A stretch of 64,000 nucleotides of DNA. Origin: Eledone cirrhosa. Taxonomy: Eukaryota. This document shows positions 1 through 17,917 of the stretch, piece after piece. The position numbers were made by a program, and so were the translations under genes. The DNA lies in NCBI GenBank assembly GCA_964016885.1, contig OZ024742.1, forward strand, positions 81,096,001-81,160,000, written 5' to 3'. Within the stretch, counting starts at the first letter, position 1, and every line of letters starts with the position of its first letter. The notes below the pieces were generated by a model. The model was not told where the DNA came from. It worked only from the letters and a program-made list of their open reading frames with translations, and made no database searches.

Positions 1-59
1 CGCCACCGCCGCCGCCATCACCATCACCAGCGACCTGGCCTTAAGAACAACTTTAATAA

Positions 60-205
60 TAATTTTTCTGCTTTTGGGACGGATCCAGCGACTGGCCCAG
101 CGCATCCCTGGTACTCTCTTTTGTTGACTCCGTGGAGAGCCATAACTCTATGCTGTAAAGCAATTATAGTAATACTGGACTGTAATACGATCGGCTTCAG
201 CTATA
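60..205 (-). mobile_element. Degenerate SINE fragment
   Basis: Weak reverse-strand similarity to the SINE core/tail seen at 35841 (CTGGTACT..TT..GAC..CG). Confidence 0.4.
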
Positions 206-265
206 CAAACTCTTGAAAGTCAACAGTTGACATAATCTTGTAATCTTGTATCAGTAATGGCGGTA

Positions 266-4520
<4,255 letters not shown>

Positions 4521-4539
4521 GGTATATATGTATATACAA

Positions 4540-4960
4540 TTCATGAAAAGGGTCAGATGGAGGGCCTACCACGTTGATAGAAAAACAAAACATATTGATA
4601 AGAAATATTTATATGGTTTCACTACATATAAGAACCCACCACACAACTCCTTGCTTAAAAACTTCGAGAAAGACCTACTTAACTTAATCAAACACCTCAG
4701 ATTTAAGAAATATAAATCTAAGTTTCAAAAGGATCTTGACACTACCCTATTGGGTCTAAACAATTCTAGCAAAGTCCACGTCCACTCATACAAACCTGGA
4801 ATTCTATAGCACATGTATATTGATAATTACAATGAATTCATTTATAAAGAACTCAGGAAAAAATTATAAAAGAAAAAATAATGCACATAAATGTAAGAGA
4901 AGTACGAATATACCATCAACACATCAAAACAACCATAATAAATGATGAATTTTTTAATAT
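4540..4960 (+). mobile_element. PLE N-terminal/pre-RT fragment
   Basis: [37 protein letters not shown]; similar to VHSDKTGNLY in the PLE at 12522-12719. Confidence 0.75.
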
Positions 4961-5040
4961 AAGGAACTTGTTCTTTGTTTCTATTCATTGTTTTTATAAA
5001 TTTATATATATATATATGTATATATGTATATATGTGGATA

Positions 5041-5131
<91 letters not shown>

Positions 5132-5136
5132 ATATG

Positions 5137-5167
<31 letters not shown>

Positions 5168-5186
5168 GTATTTATGTATATATGTA

Positions 5187-5223
<37 letters not shown>

Positions 5224-5270
5224 AATCCATGCTAGCGTGGAAAGTGGACGTTAAACGAGGATCATGATGA

Positions 5271-5364
<94 letters not shown>

Positions 5365-6104
5365 CATACAGTAGTATGTATATATATATGCATACATGCA
5401 CAATGCACACATATATATATGTAAGTATGTATTCAACGAACATTTATTATAACGCTCGGTGTGTTTGTAAACAAACATTCCGAGTTAAGCCGTACAGTGT
5501 CTAGCAACCATCGTTGCTCATCTGTTCAACACTGAAAAAGGAACGCTGTACTAGCTTCAAGCTTATTAGCTATCGTCAGCAACGCATACCTTCCTACCAG
5601 ATGTTTGAACGTCTGAAAGTATATACTTTCCTTATGCATATAGTCAAGAATTAGCCGTCGAAATGGCTTGCCCTCAGCCGTCGGTGTGCTACTTGTTCCT
5701 ATATATATATATAGGAGCTGCGGACGAGGAGGGTGCGGAGATTGCGTGCGCTTTTGAAGGAGGAGAGTGGTGAGGTGGGAAGATGTTGGAGGTGGAGGGG
5801 TCGGACTGGAGGCGTCGGAAGAGGCAGAGGATGGTGCGGTGGAGGGGTAGGGTGGAGGGGTGGTAGATGATGGTGAAGTGGAGAAGGTGGGGGGAGGTCG
5901 CGGTTGTGCTTGAGGGAACGTAGGCCGTCGGTGTGGGGTATGACAGTATAAAGCGACTTGATATCTAGGGCTGTGAGCCGGGTGGGAAGATGAAGGAATC
6001 GAATAGGCGAAGGTCGTGGTTGGTGTCGGAGATGTGGGAGGGGAGGGTGGTGACGAAGGGGGCGAGGCTGGAGTCAAGAAAGGCGGAGATGAGATATATA
6101 TATT

Positions 6105-6313
6105 CATATAACATAATTACGTATATGAAGTACAGTCTCTCTATATATGGAAATAATTGATGTCAAGACAGAGTAATGTATAATTATGAAATGAGTAATT
6201 ATGCTGGACGAACCGAAATTGAATTGAACAAAAGGAATGAAATTGATTTACATATAAACTTCTCCGCAGTCATTTTCTACGTTTCATCCTTACATAGACA
6301 TACAGAAACACAC

Positions 6314-6379
<66 letters not shown>

Positions 6380-6606
6380 GATTGTGTGTGTTTCTGTATG
6401 TCTATATAAGGATGAAACGTAGAAAATGACTGCTTAAAGTTTATATGTAATCAATTTCATTCCTTTTGTTCAATTCAATTTCGGTTCGTCCAGCATAATT
6501 ACTCATTATATAATTATACATTACTCTGTCTAGACATCAATTATTTCCATATATAGAGAGATATATGCTGAAAAACTGTACTTCATATACGTAATTATGT
6601 TATATA
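6105..6606. repeat. ~210-bp inverted repeat flanking a (TA)n tract
   Basis: 6105-6316 is the reverse complement of 6384-6606 (e.g. GCTGGACGAACCGAAATTGAATTGAACAAAAGGAATG / CATTCCTTTTGTTCAATTCAATTTCGGTTCGTCCAGC). Confidence 0.95.
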
Positions 6607-6744
6607 AGTGAAAGGTTAGACATATTTATGGATTTACGACTTATAAGGATATATGGAGCACATATGAAAACATCGTGAAATAATTTAAATCTTGAATATG
6701 TTTTACCTTATAATAAGAATATATGTATATATAACGGTCTCTTA

Positions 6745-6953
6745 TATAGGCGCAGTTCCAGATATTTTGGAGGAGGAGAAGGTCGATTAAAATCGACCCC
6801 AGTGCGTGACTGATATTTTAATTCATCGACCTCATAAGGATAGAAGGCAAAGTTAACATCGGCAGGATTTGAACTCAGATCATAAATGGCTGTAACCCTA
6901 TGCTTCAAAGCCTGGCGTCCGACCCTCTACCGATGCTGCCAATCCATCGCCCT
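6745..6953 (-). mobile_element. tRNA-derived SINE (Meta-like core)
   Basis: Reverse complement of GGGCGATGGATTGGCAG..GAGTTCAAATCC..GCCTT.TATCCTTATGAGGTCGAT. Confidence 0.85.
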
Positions 6954-7379
6954 ATATATGTATATATAAGAAAATAACTTTCCTACATATATGAATGTAT
7001 ACGCACACTATATACACACAGACACAAATTCACACACTCACATACGCAGACACATACACATTGTAACAAGAGACCTATATGTTTTTCAAGAAAGATATCA
7101 GATATCAGAAATGTTTTTGAGGAACTGTCAATGTTGTCATGTTTTTATATGTTTTGGCGTCTGATGTGCTTAGGCTATCATAACTTAGTGAAATATGTAT
7201 AACGAAATTTTAAATAAACCTGAATCAACTGATTATGGCCTCCTAACTTATAATAATGATTTCTACTATAAGAACAAGGCAAGCAACTTTGGGGGATGGG
7301 AAAGTCGATTAATTAGACCCCAGTGCATTACTAGTGCTTTGTTTGCAGTGTTACTATATTCCCATCGAGTGCACTTTTC

Positions 7380-8040
7380 ATCAAACTTCAGTTTCTCTTG
7401 TCTTCGTATGATCTGTTTGCGTAGTACTCGTCTCAGGCGTGTGTGTTTATTTGCGACCACTCTTCATCTCTGTACGTTCCAGTTGACTTCATATCGCACA
7501 AGCTGACGCTTTTTAAATGAAGACGACGTCGTCCTTGTGGTCCCGTGTCGGTGGTCAGTTTACCATTTAGAATATCATTTGGGATTCTCCATCCGGCATA
7601 CAGTATACATGAACTAGCTAGTGAAGATGGCACGGTGAGAGCAAGATGAATATGTTCGCTATCTTGGTGAAGTTAAGGAAATTGATGTTGCTGACTCGGT
7701 CATTCTACCTGATGTCCAGAATGAGTCTCAGGCTGTCAGCGCGGAAGCTGTTGAGACGTCGCTCCTGTCTGGCATTAAGGCTTCATGTCTCGCTCTGCCG
7801 TGAAGTAGTGTGTTGAGCACGCACGCACTATACGGAGCAATCTTTTGTTCTTTGTCAGTTTTCTGTTATCACAGATTATTTTGGTTGATTTGGGGAAGCC
7901 GTACGACCAATCCATCTTCTGATTTCGGAGTAGAGGTAGAGAGTGTTCCTAAAATTTGAGCCGAGGTAGGTGACCTCATGTCTCCAGCTCATAGTTGTTG
8001 ATGATGATAGCGGAGTGGTGGGCTGGGGTGTGTCACCTGC
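7380..8040 (-). mobile_element. Degenerate RTE LINE 3' fragment
   Basis: Reverse translation gives YLGS, KIAPYSACVLNTLL, RIPNDILNGKL..GPQGRRRLHLK. Confidence 0.8.
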
Positions 8041-8059
8041 TATATTTAGCATAAGCTTT

Positions 8060-8660
8060 AAATCGCCTGGAATTCGTAATTAGATATATTTGTTTGTTGA
8101 CATTTTACAATCAGTTTTTATTGGTGTATTTTTAATAGGCCATACAATATGCTAGCTTCTCTTACCATATGAAGTGGCTTATGCCGTCGATTCCGCTCAT
8201 GGTTGGGCCTTTGCGGTATTTATGTAGTCAAGTTTGAAGATTTTTTCATCATTTTTATTGTGTTGATTTTTCATAGCAGCTGTTACCATTTAACCTTTTA
8301 AATGCCAGATCTTTATAATAGATTGTATTTAGGATGACAACAGTGCTACATATATCAGCTTGGTTAATGGTGATTTAACCGTTTACTGGTAAATCAATTA
8401 GTTTTTTACATTCATATTTTGAGTAATTTAATTTGGTGATTCTATATGCAATTTTTTTTATAGGCAAACTTCATGATGTGTTTTCAATAGGAGTCTTGTG
8501 CTGTATGCCTCTTATCTTTCTTTGGACAGAAATTACTTTTATTTCTAGATTGTGATTCGTCATTGTGCTAGCGTCAGTTTCAACAGAACTTCGTGATTTC
8601 GGTTGATTGAGGTTTCAATATCTTCGCTTCAGCAGCTAGTTGAGTCGAAAACTTACAACA
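8060..8660 (-). mobile_element. Highly degenerate PLE endonuclease-region fragment
   Basis: Remnant ..ST..SHFIW.EK motif resembling the PLE GIY-YIG region. Confidence 0.4.
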
Positions 8661-8681
8661 CACCTACCAAAACATACAAGG

Positions 8682-9660
<979 letters not shown>

Positions 9661-9848
9661 ACATATATCGTTTAATCATAATAATTATTTCCACGGTTCT
9701 CCATGCAATTGAAATGATAACGTTTTCCTCAGATGAAAATCGATATATTTGATATATCACTGAGAAGGAAACACACGTCATAATGGCTGTGTTCCCAGCA
9801 TACATATCATGTATGCCGGGCACACAGGCATTAGTACGTGTGTTTATA

Positions 9849-9889
<41 letters not shown>

Positions 9890-9893
<4 letters not shown>

Positions 9894-10424
9894 TTATTAA
9901 AATAACAGATTAAAGTTTAAGCAAAGAATCGGTGCTTTCACGGGATCTTCTGAAATTAAAGAAACTCAATCTGTGAACGCAGAGGTAAATATTTCGAAAA
10001 ACGTTGCAACCGAAAGCATACGGGAGGACGATACTTTGATTCTTGGAAACGTTCCCTGGCAACGAACGAAAAAAAAAACGAAGATAATACATTATTATTT
10101 GGATAATAGGAAACAATTACACGCATGGACAAAACCACGTTTATGGTATAACTGAAGTCGTAGACTTAAATTCTATTTAGGAACCCGAATGATTCTCGGC
10201 TTTAGAGTTAAGAATAATGTAAATAAATTACAGAGGTTTTTGAAATCAACCATAATTAAATATATAGATGCACGCATCCTTATACGTATATACACATGCA
10301 TACGCGGAAACACACGCCATGTGTATGGAAATACAGGCACGTGCATGAAACCACGCACACACATAGAAAAACCCACGCAACACCTGTAGCCGCACACATA
10401 CGAACGATTACAACAAATACAGAT

Positions 10425-10512
<88 letters not shown>

Positions 10513-12790
10513 ACATATATAGCTGTGTGTGTGTGCGCGCATATAAATATAATTATATAAATGTATATAAATATGCACACATAAATACGTATATAACGCG
10601 CGCGCACACACACCCACATGTAAATATATATATCTTCGCTAAACGTACGTCAACCAAAACACATAGTACACATACACACACACCCTAGATACGTGCAAAC
10701 CCGCATACACATACAAACCCAAACCTCACGTATACACATAACCATATACACATGTACCAGTATTTATAATATAATATATACGCCTATAACAAATACAAGC
10801 AAATATACGTACGAGAATGTATACGTGCCTTCACAAAACAAACAGGTAATATATACAAATAAGTAATGGTATAAAACATAAAATATACTTAGCTACCACA
10901 CCAAGACGTAAATCATCCGCGTATAGTTCGTACTATCCGTTAGGGTATAAATTGGGGCTGTAATACACCAAAGTGTTGTGCAATTTAAGTTTACAAGTCG
11001 GAATTGCCTCAGATTTTTTTGTTTAAGATGCGGTCATTGGCGTAGAGTATTTCCAGGGCTTCAGCGGCGCAGAGGTCACATGGTCTTTTATTTCTCTTAT
11101 ACTATCTAGCCTTAGTTAGGATCTCCCAGTGTAACCTATATTGGGTGTGGTTATCTTTTGGACTCCAGATATAAGTTGAAAGTGACGTCATATTCCTTCT
11201 TAAAGTGTTAAGAAAAGAATGGGTATGCATATAAAGACGCTGCTTAAATATATTGGCGGTACACCCTATGTAGGCCCTACGGGACGTGGGTGTCTCAACC
11301 TTATATTTGTAGACAATGTTACTAGAGAGGCATTTTCCGGATAGGGGCAGTCAACCCGATTCCTACAATTACAGGTAGTACTAGCTACAGGGTTGCAGGT
11401 GTTCCCACGACTAGGTAATTTAGCTAAATTTGAAGCAGTCATGTTATGTGCAAGGTAAGAAATGTTAATGGTATTTCTATTAAAAATGTTATTATATATT
11501 TTGTGCTGGGAGGAAATGCTTCATAATAAGGGAGAGAAAGATCTTAGCTAATGGTGTGACCACCTCCATATTATACGGTGCGTTATACCATATAATGCGT
11601 CGGGATCTATTCTTTCTAGGTCTATTCACATACTCTGTAAATGCTACCTTATCGACAAATCCACTCCGAGCAAGAGCTTCATTGAAATATGTGGAATGGT
11701 CGGGGAAAATATGCTCGTTTGTAGATATACCCGAAGGCCTCAATGAAACGTTTCTTACCACGTACTTGGTTATGCTGGCAGGATGGTTAGAATGATTGCT
11801 TATGTAATTAAGTGTATCATTCGGCTTTCTATACGGGTAGTGCGAGCCATTCGACAGATTGACAAATTGAGGGTAACGTCGAAGTAATTAACGACCGAGA
11901 GGTTGGCCTCAACCTGTATGGAGAGGTTGAAGCCTTTAAAGAAGGCTGTCAATTCTTTTCTGTACCTGTCGCAAGCAATTGGGCCGCATTTTATCATGCT
12001 CAAAAGACCGTCATTACGGTACAAGCCACCGCCCACGTTGGGGAATTATTCCTTGATAGAGAAAAGAGGGAAAAGGCCGATAAGATCAGTAACCTCCACA
12101 GAAACGCTGGCGCCCATACTCACATCTAATGGGGTACTATTAGATTTTTTAATGCAAATAGAGTCGTCGAAATTAATCACCGACTTACGGGCATTGAGGA
12201 TGACATCAACTTCGAAATCCGTAATCACTGTGAGTGTTTTAGCAAAATTCATAGCTCTGAGAAGGAGTGGTAAATTGATGGAGGAGTAGTAATTATTGAT
12301 GTCGAATTGGATAAAACGGCAATGTTACTTGTTGCATATTCCGTTGAACCAATCAATCACCGCGAAAGAAATGTTCCACAGTACAAGAGGGACCAATCGT
12401 CTAATTTCAGGTATAATTCTATGTAAATTCCTTTTATGAAATCTACCTAAATCGGACTACGTAAGGTTAATAAGCAGAATAGAGGGGTTGTTCGGGAAAT
12501 TGGATTTGTGAACCTTGAGGGTCAAGTGGGGAGAAAAAGCATCCAGAGTTTCAGTCCGTTGAGATCAGAGGTGGTTTTAAACCCAGCGTCGTTGATGTCA
12601 TTAATGACACTCCGATTAGATTTACGGTTATCCTTAATTACAGAATTATGTAACAGTTGATGGTAAGTACTGCGCTCCACTTGATATAGATTGCCGGTTT
12701 TGTCGGAGTGGACGTGCACGGCATTAGAATCCTTAATAGAACGAATATATTTGATATATATTTATCCGTATCGATCCCTCTTTGGAATTT
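9890..12790 (-). mobile_element. Decayed PLE (RT + GIY-YIG endonuclease + microsatellite-rich 3' UTR)
   Basis: QFDINNYYSSI, DVSMGA, GGLYRNDGL, VNYFDVTLNL, RRIIWYNAPY, NIVYK..AYIGCT..FKQRLYMH, CDLC..E..KI. Confidence 0.9.
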
Positions 12791-12865
12791 AGTCTTCATA
12801 TTTAGTATTATTACTATATATATTAGTATAACTATATATATAAATATATATATATTTTTTTAAAC

Positions 12866-12869
<4 letters not shown>

Positions 12870-12947
<78 letters not shown>

Positions 12948-12956
12948 TAATAAATA

Positions 12957-12990
<34 letters not shown>

Positions 12991-13172
12991 CATATATATA
13001 TATACTAATAAATATATATATATATATATATACACTAATAAATGTATATATAAATGTATATATATATATATATATACTTATATATATATATATATATATA
13101 AGTATATATATATATATATATACATTTATATATACATTTATTAGTGTATATATATATATATATATTTATTAG

Positions 13173-13206
<34 letters not shown>

Positions 13207-13215
13207 TATTTATTA

Positions 13216-13275
<60 letters not shown>
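12870..13275. repeat. ~400-bp palindrome built from interrupted (TA)n
   Basis: Interruptions TACTAATAAATAAAT, TACTAATAAAT, CACTAATAAATGTA and TACTTA on the left recur in mirror order as reverse complements on the right; centre ~13090. Confidence 0.9.
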
Positions 13276-13276
<1 letters not shown>

Positions 13277-13559
13277 GAAAATTGAGTTAGACAAGTGTTG
13301 ATCGACCCACTTACCGAATATGTTAGGGGAAACCCCAGCTTACATAGGTAGATGTATCTCTTTTTTTTCCTCTTTGTATTCTTCTTCCCCCTGTCTCTTC
13401 CTATCACTTCCTTCCACCCCCTATTTTCTCCCTCGTCTGCTTTTCTCCTTTCGCCTCTGTAGCATCAGTTACCCATCCCTGTAATTTTAAGATAGAATTG
13501 GCCGAATACGTTTTAACTACTTATAGCAGATGTGTCAAACCCCTTTTATGTGTGTAACA

Positions 13560-14809
13560 ATTTTGTTACTACTCAATTTCTCCAATTATGAAACGCGAAA
13601 TAAAAGACTTCAAGAATTAAAGGAAATTCTACTCGAGACAGAGTACCCACTATTACTAATAAATAATGGAATAGAAAGGGCTAAAGCAATAGGCATTGAT
13701 GCATTACGAAAACAGAAACAAATTCAAGGTATGTCCAATATTCTATCATATATCTCAACACACAACCCAAGAAATGCGGAAGCTTACAACACTATTCACA
13801 AGAACATCCCACTACTGAAAGAAAACCCAAGAATGAAAAAAGCCCTTGAAACACACACAATAATCAAAAGAAAAAGACAACCAAAATCACTGAAAACATT
13901 ACTCACCAATGCAAAATTACCTACCACAAACCCACAAGCAAGTATCAAAATATGTGGTCGCTCTAATTGTGGAACCTGCACTCACCTCATTGAAGGCAAC
14001 ACGTATACATTTAAATCAGGACAAAATTTTACCGTTATAAATCACCTCACTTGCTCATAAAAAAATCTGCTTTATGCCATTAAATGTAAAGGATGCAATG
14101 AAGATTATATAGGACAAACTAAACTCACACTCAGAAACAGAATGACAGTTCATCGCCAACAATTACGAGATCCAACCACGAGACAGATACCACTAAGCGC
14201 ATATCTAGACATTTGCGCAAGTAATAAGACACCCAAATTCCAAGTCTTCCCATTTTACCTTTGCGCTAACAATACAACAGAACAAATACGAATAAATAAG
14301 GAAAATATGTTTATTCAAAAATATAGACCAGCATTAAATATGGTTTAGTATACATGATGTCAACACCATAATATGACATACACACACACACATAACACCT
14401 TCTACTTTAGAAAATAAAAACCCGAACTAAATAAACCTTAATATACGTTTGCACTGACAATACAACAGAACAAATACGAATAAGTAAGGAAATATGTTCA
14501 TTCAAAAATATAGGAATCATTTTCCTACACGCACACACACACACAATATATATATATATATATTCTCTTCATCTTAACATGCTAACCATATTCCCACACA
14601 CATAACACCCATACACACACATAACAACCCCCACACCCACAACTCCCTCCCCCATTTCTACTAATAGAATCACTTTCCTACACACATATATACACACACA
14701 CAAAATATATATTCTCTCCATCTTAACATACTCGAACACACACACATAACACCCATATACACACACACACAACACCCTCCCCCATTTCTACTAATAGAAT
14801 CATCTTCCA

Positions 14810-14897
<88 letters not shown>

Positions 14898-15945
14898 GCA
14901 CACAAATAAACATACATATCTTTACTTCAATAGAAAATCTGAACTCTCACACGTCAGCGAACTGACCATATTCACTGAACCAGAACAATTCTCCCATCCC
15001 ATTTCTCTTCCCCACTATCTTTTGCTTGTCATAAGATTCTCTAAAAAGGCTACCGAATAGATTTCCAATAAGGGCGCGAAAATCTAATGAAAACTTGTTC
15101 ACGTGACAGACAAATTTCATTATAACCAATCAAATTACGTTTATTAAAAAAAATCCTTCGTGAGCCACCTTTTCTTTCAGTAAAAAGAAATTCAAACACA
15201 CACACACACACACACACACAAGCACACACACACAAGCACACAAGTAAACATACATATCTTTACTTTCGTTATTCAATAGAAAATCTGAATTCTGACACCC
15301 CAGCGAACTAACCATATTCACTGAACCAGAACAATTCTCCCATCCCATTTCTCTTGACCATTATTTTTACTTATCATAAAATTTTCTAAAAAGGCTACAG
15401 AATGGATTTCCAAATAAGGGCGCGAAAATTTTATGAAAACTTGCTTACGTGACAGCCATAATTTCATTTATAACCAATCAAATTAAGCTTATTTAAAATA
15501 AAAAGCCTTCGTGAGCCCCTTTTTTCAAGTTAACAGAGATTCAAACACTCATCTAAGAAAAAACAACTTGTGACCCCCCCCCCCCCCCCTCTTATTTGGA
15601 GAACTATTGTAACGCGAACTGGCGCGAAATTTATTATAATTATTGACCAACCATTCAAATTACTTCTCGAAAAGACTGGCATATTGAGCCACTTTTTCCA
15701 TATAAAACAAGTAACATTCAGAGACCAACCAGATGTGAGAAAAACCACAGACCCTCCATCTCAACTCTACTTTTGAAAAGCAGAAGAACTGCGAAACCGG
15801 TAAAGGAACCAAATAAATATATATATATTTTTTTTAAATAAGACTCCAGTTGCATTTTCGATTTCATCTTTTTTTCTTTATACTTTCACTGGTGTAGGAT
15901 ACCTCGGTTACTTTTCATTTTGTAAAAAAAACCTCACTTTCTAAT
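13560..15945 (+). mobile_element. 5'-truncated Neptune-like PLE (RT C-terminus, CxxC linker, GIY-YIG, 3' UTR, HHR, tail)
   Basis: KICGRSNCGTC..LTCS*KNLLYAIKCKGCNEDYIGQT..LRNRMTVH..E..FIQKYRPALN. The 3' UTR has a ~330-bp tandem duplication (14900-15190 / 15230-15545). Confidence 0.9.
15770..15805 (+). ncRNA. Minimal hammerhead motif, U3-A8 variant
   Basis: ctt-TTGAAAA-gcag aagaa ctgc-GAAA-CCGG-TA-aag; palindromic stem III as in PLE mini-HHRs. Confidence 0.8.
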
Positions 15946-15959
15946 ATATATATATACAT

Positions 15960-16225
15960 ATATGCCTAAAAATGCCTATATACTTAAAAATATAACGTAA
16001 CATATAATCAGGCAAATAGGTTGTATTTTTATTAATAATTAAGCGTTAAAGGCGTGAAAAAATATATATTGCCACGAAAAAAGTCGTAGATATCGCGGAA
16101 GTCATTTCGATCCCGCAAATAGGCGGTTGTTTCCACGTACAATTATTAGATAGGTTCTAGTGTAAATTTCCACGAATAAACATGATCGCGAATACCGGTA
16201 CCACAAATACAAGGGATTCACTGTA
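15960..16225. mobile_element. Tigger/pogo-like DNA transposon end
   Basis: Ends ..AGGGATTCACTG-TA (TIR CAGTGAATCCCT with TA target). Confidence 0.5.
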
Positions 16226-16364
16226 TATACATGTGTTTGTGAGCGTTTGCCTGTGTTTGTCAGTGCATGTATGTGTGTGCGTATGTGTGACTGTGCGTGT
16301 GTTCATGTGTGTGCATGTGTGTGTGTGTATTTATACATCTGCATATGGCTTGATTTAATAATGG

Positions 16365-16577
16365 TTTCTGATTTAGTCAGAAAGCCAGCAATTTGGGGGG
16401 AGGGAATTCGATTAAATCGACCCCAGTGTGTTACTGTTATTTTATTTTATCAACCCCGTTAGGATGAAAGGCAAAGTCAACCTTAGCGGGATTTGAACTC
16501 AGGAGATTAAGGGCCATAACTCTATGCCACAAAGCATCTTATCTGACACTCTACTGAAACTGCCAATCCTTCGCCTT
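16365..16577 (-). mobile_element. tRNA-derived SINE
   Basis: GGATTTGAACTC (reverse B box) and AGGATGAAAGGCAAAGTCAACC (reverse core). Confidence 0.85.
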
Positions 16578-17428
16578 TTGGCTTGATTTAATAATCGAAT
16601 GTATAAACGAAATAATATACGCACATATGCTTGCCATTCCTTTGCATAAACAGAACATTTTGATCCCTACATAATATTTATGCATTAATTTTTTAATGTT
16701 GTCTATTTGTTTTTGATGTAATGTAATTTTATCTCATTTCTTCTCTTAATAGCTTACATGAAATATAAAATAATCAACTATATAAGCCTATAGGTAGAGG
16801 GGTACTTTATGTTAATTTTGATTAAATATATATCTCGAGGCATTAAATTAGCATTTATACATCACCTCAAAACACAATTTATTACTTGACTTCCTCCGCT
16901 CTCTTAGACAAACATATAATTACATGGTCAATTTTGTGTCTGGGCAAACCAAGTTTCATTCGATAATTCATCTGAAGAAATTAATTTATATTGTGAATGT
17001 ATGTGTCAATATAAATGTGCACACATCAATATAGTATACGCATATAAAAATAAACATCCATACTTATTTGCAGTTTACATGTTCCAACGCACGACGTTTG
17101 CCGTTGCTGGAGCAGCAGTAATTAAAAGAAAACGCATGTAGTCGTCATGGGTCCGTACACATTCCAGAATAATACGAAGAGTGAATTGGTATATTTATTG
17201 ATCAAATACTTCTTTCCGTGTGTTTGACTGGATGATATACACGTGTTCTGTGAGGATTTAACATGATCCTAAAAATGATAGGTGGATTCGAACTTTCTGG
17301 CATCTTTAAATGCTTATATATTCGATATGTGCATATATTCATAGAGGTTTTTAAAGAGACGATTACACACTCTGTATTTATACAGATTTAATAATTTTAT
17401 CATACTCTTCGACAGCAAACGCACATTT

Positions 17429-17475
<47 letters not shown>

Positions 17476-17705
17476 AAATTTAGTACAGCATCAACGAAGC
17501 TCTGGTTGCAGCCAAGCTAACGAATGCAGTCTCGGTGTGCAGCTAAGCACTCAATAGAGTGTATTACCATAGAGTTATAACATTACGTTTAGACAGCTTT
17601 GCGATACACGGGCCTCAGTGACCATAGCGACGAAAAAAACTGAAGTCAGGAAAATATATATATATATTGTTGTAATAATATTGGCAGAAATAATAACAGA
17701 ACACA

Positions 17706-17879
17706 AACACTCACTCTTTGGTTGATTTTCGCTTCTGTATCGTTTATATCTCCACAGTTAATGCATTCGGTCCTCAATGTTTACCGTTGGTCAGTCAATG
17801 GTAAACATTGAGGACCGAATGAATTAACTGTGGAGATATAAAAGATACAGAAGCGAAAACCAACCAAGCAGTGAGAGTG

Positions 17880-17881
<2 letters not shown>
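17706..17881. repeat. ~85-bp-arm fold-back next to (TA)n
   Basis: CAGTTAATGCATTCGGTCCTCAATGTTTACC..GGTAAACATTGAGGACCGAATGAATTAACTG; ~6-nt loop. Confidence 0.92.

Positions 17882-17917
<36 letters not shown>

Noticed and set aside
5500-5690. Possible minus-strand HHR (CTGACGA-tagct/agcta; GAAAGTATATACTT)
   Set aside because: The core halves are not in a valid order and stem I cannot be closed.
5526-6107. 193-aa Pro/Ser-rich ORF
   Set aside because: Low-complexity C-rich strand crossing a (TA)n run; no domain recognised.
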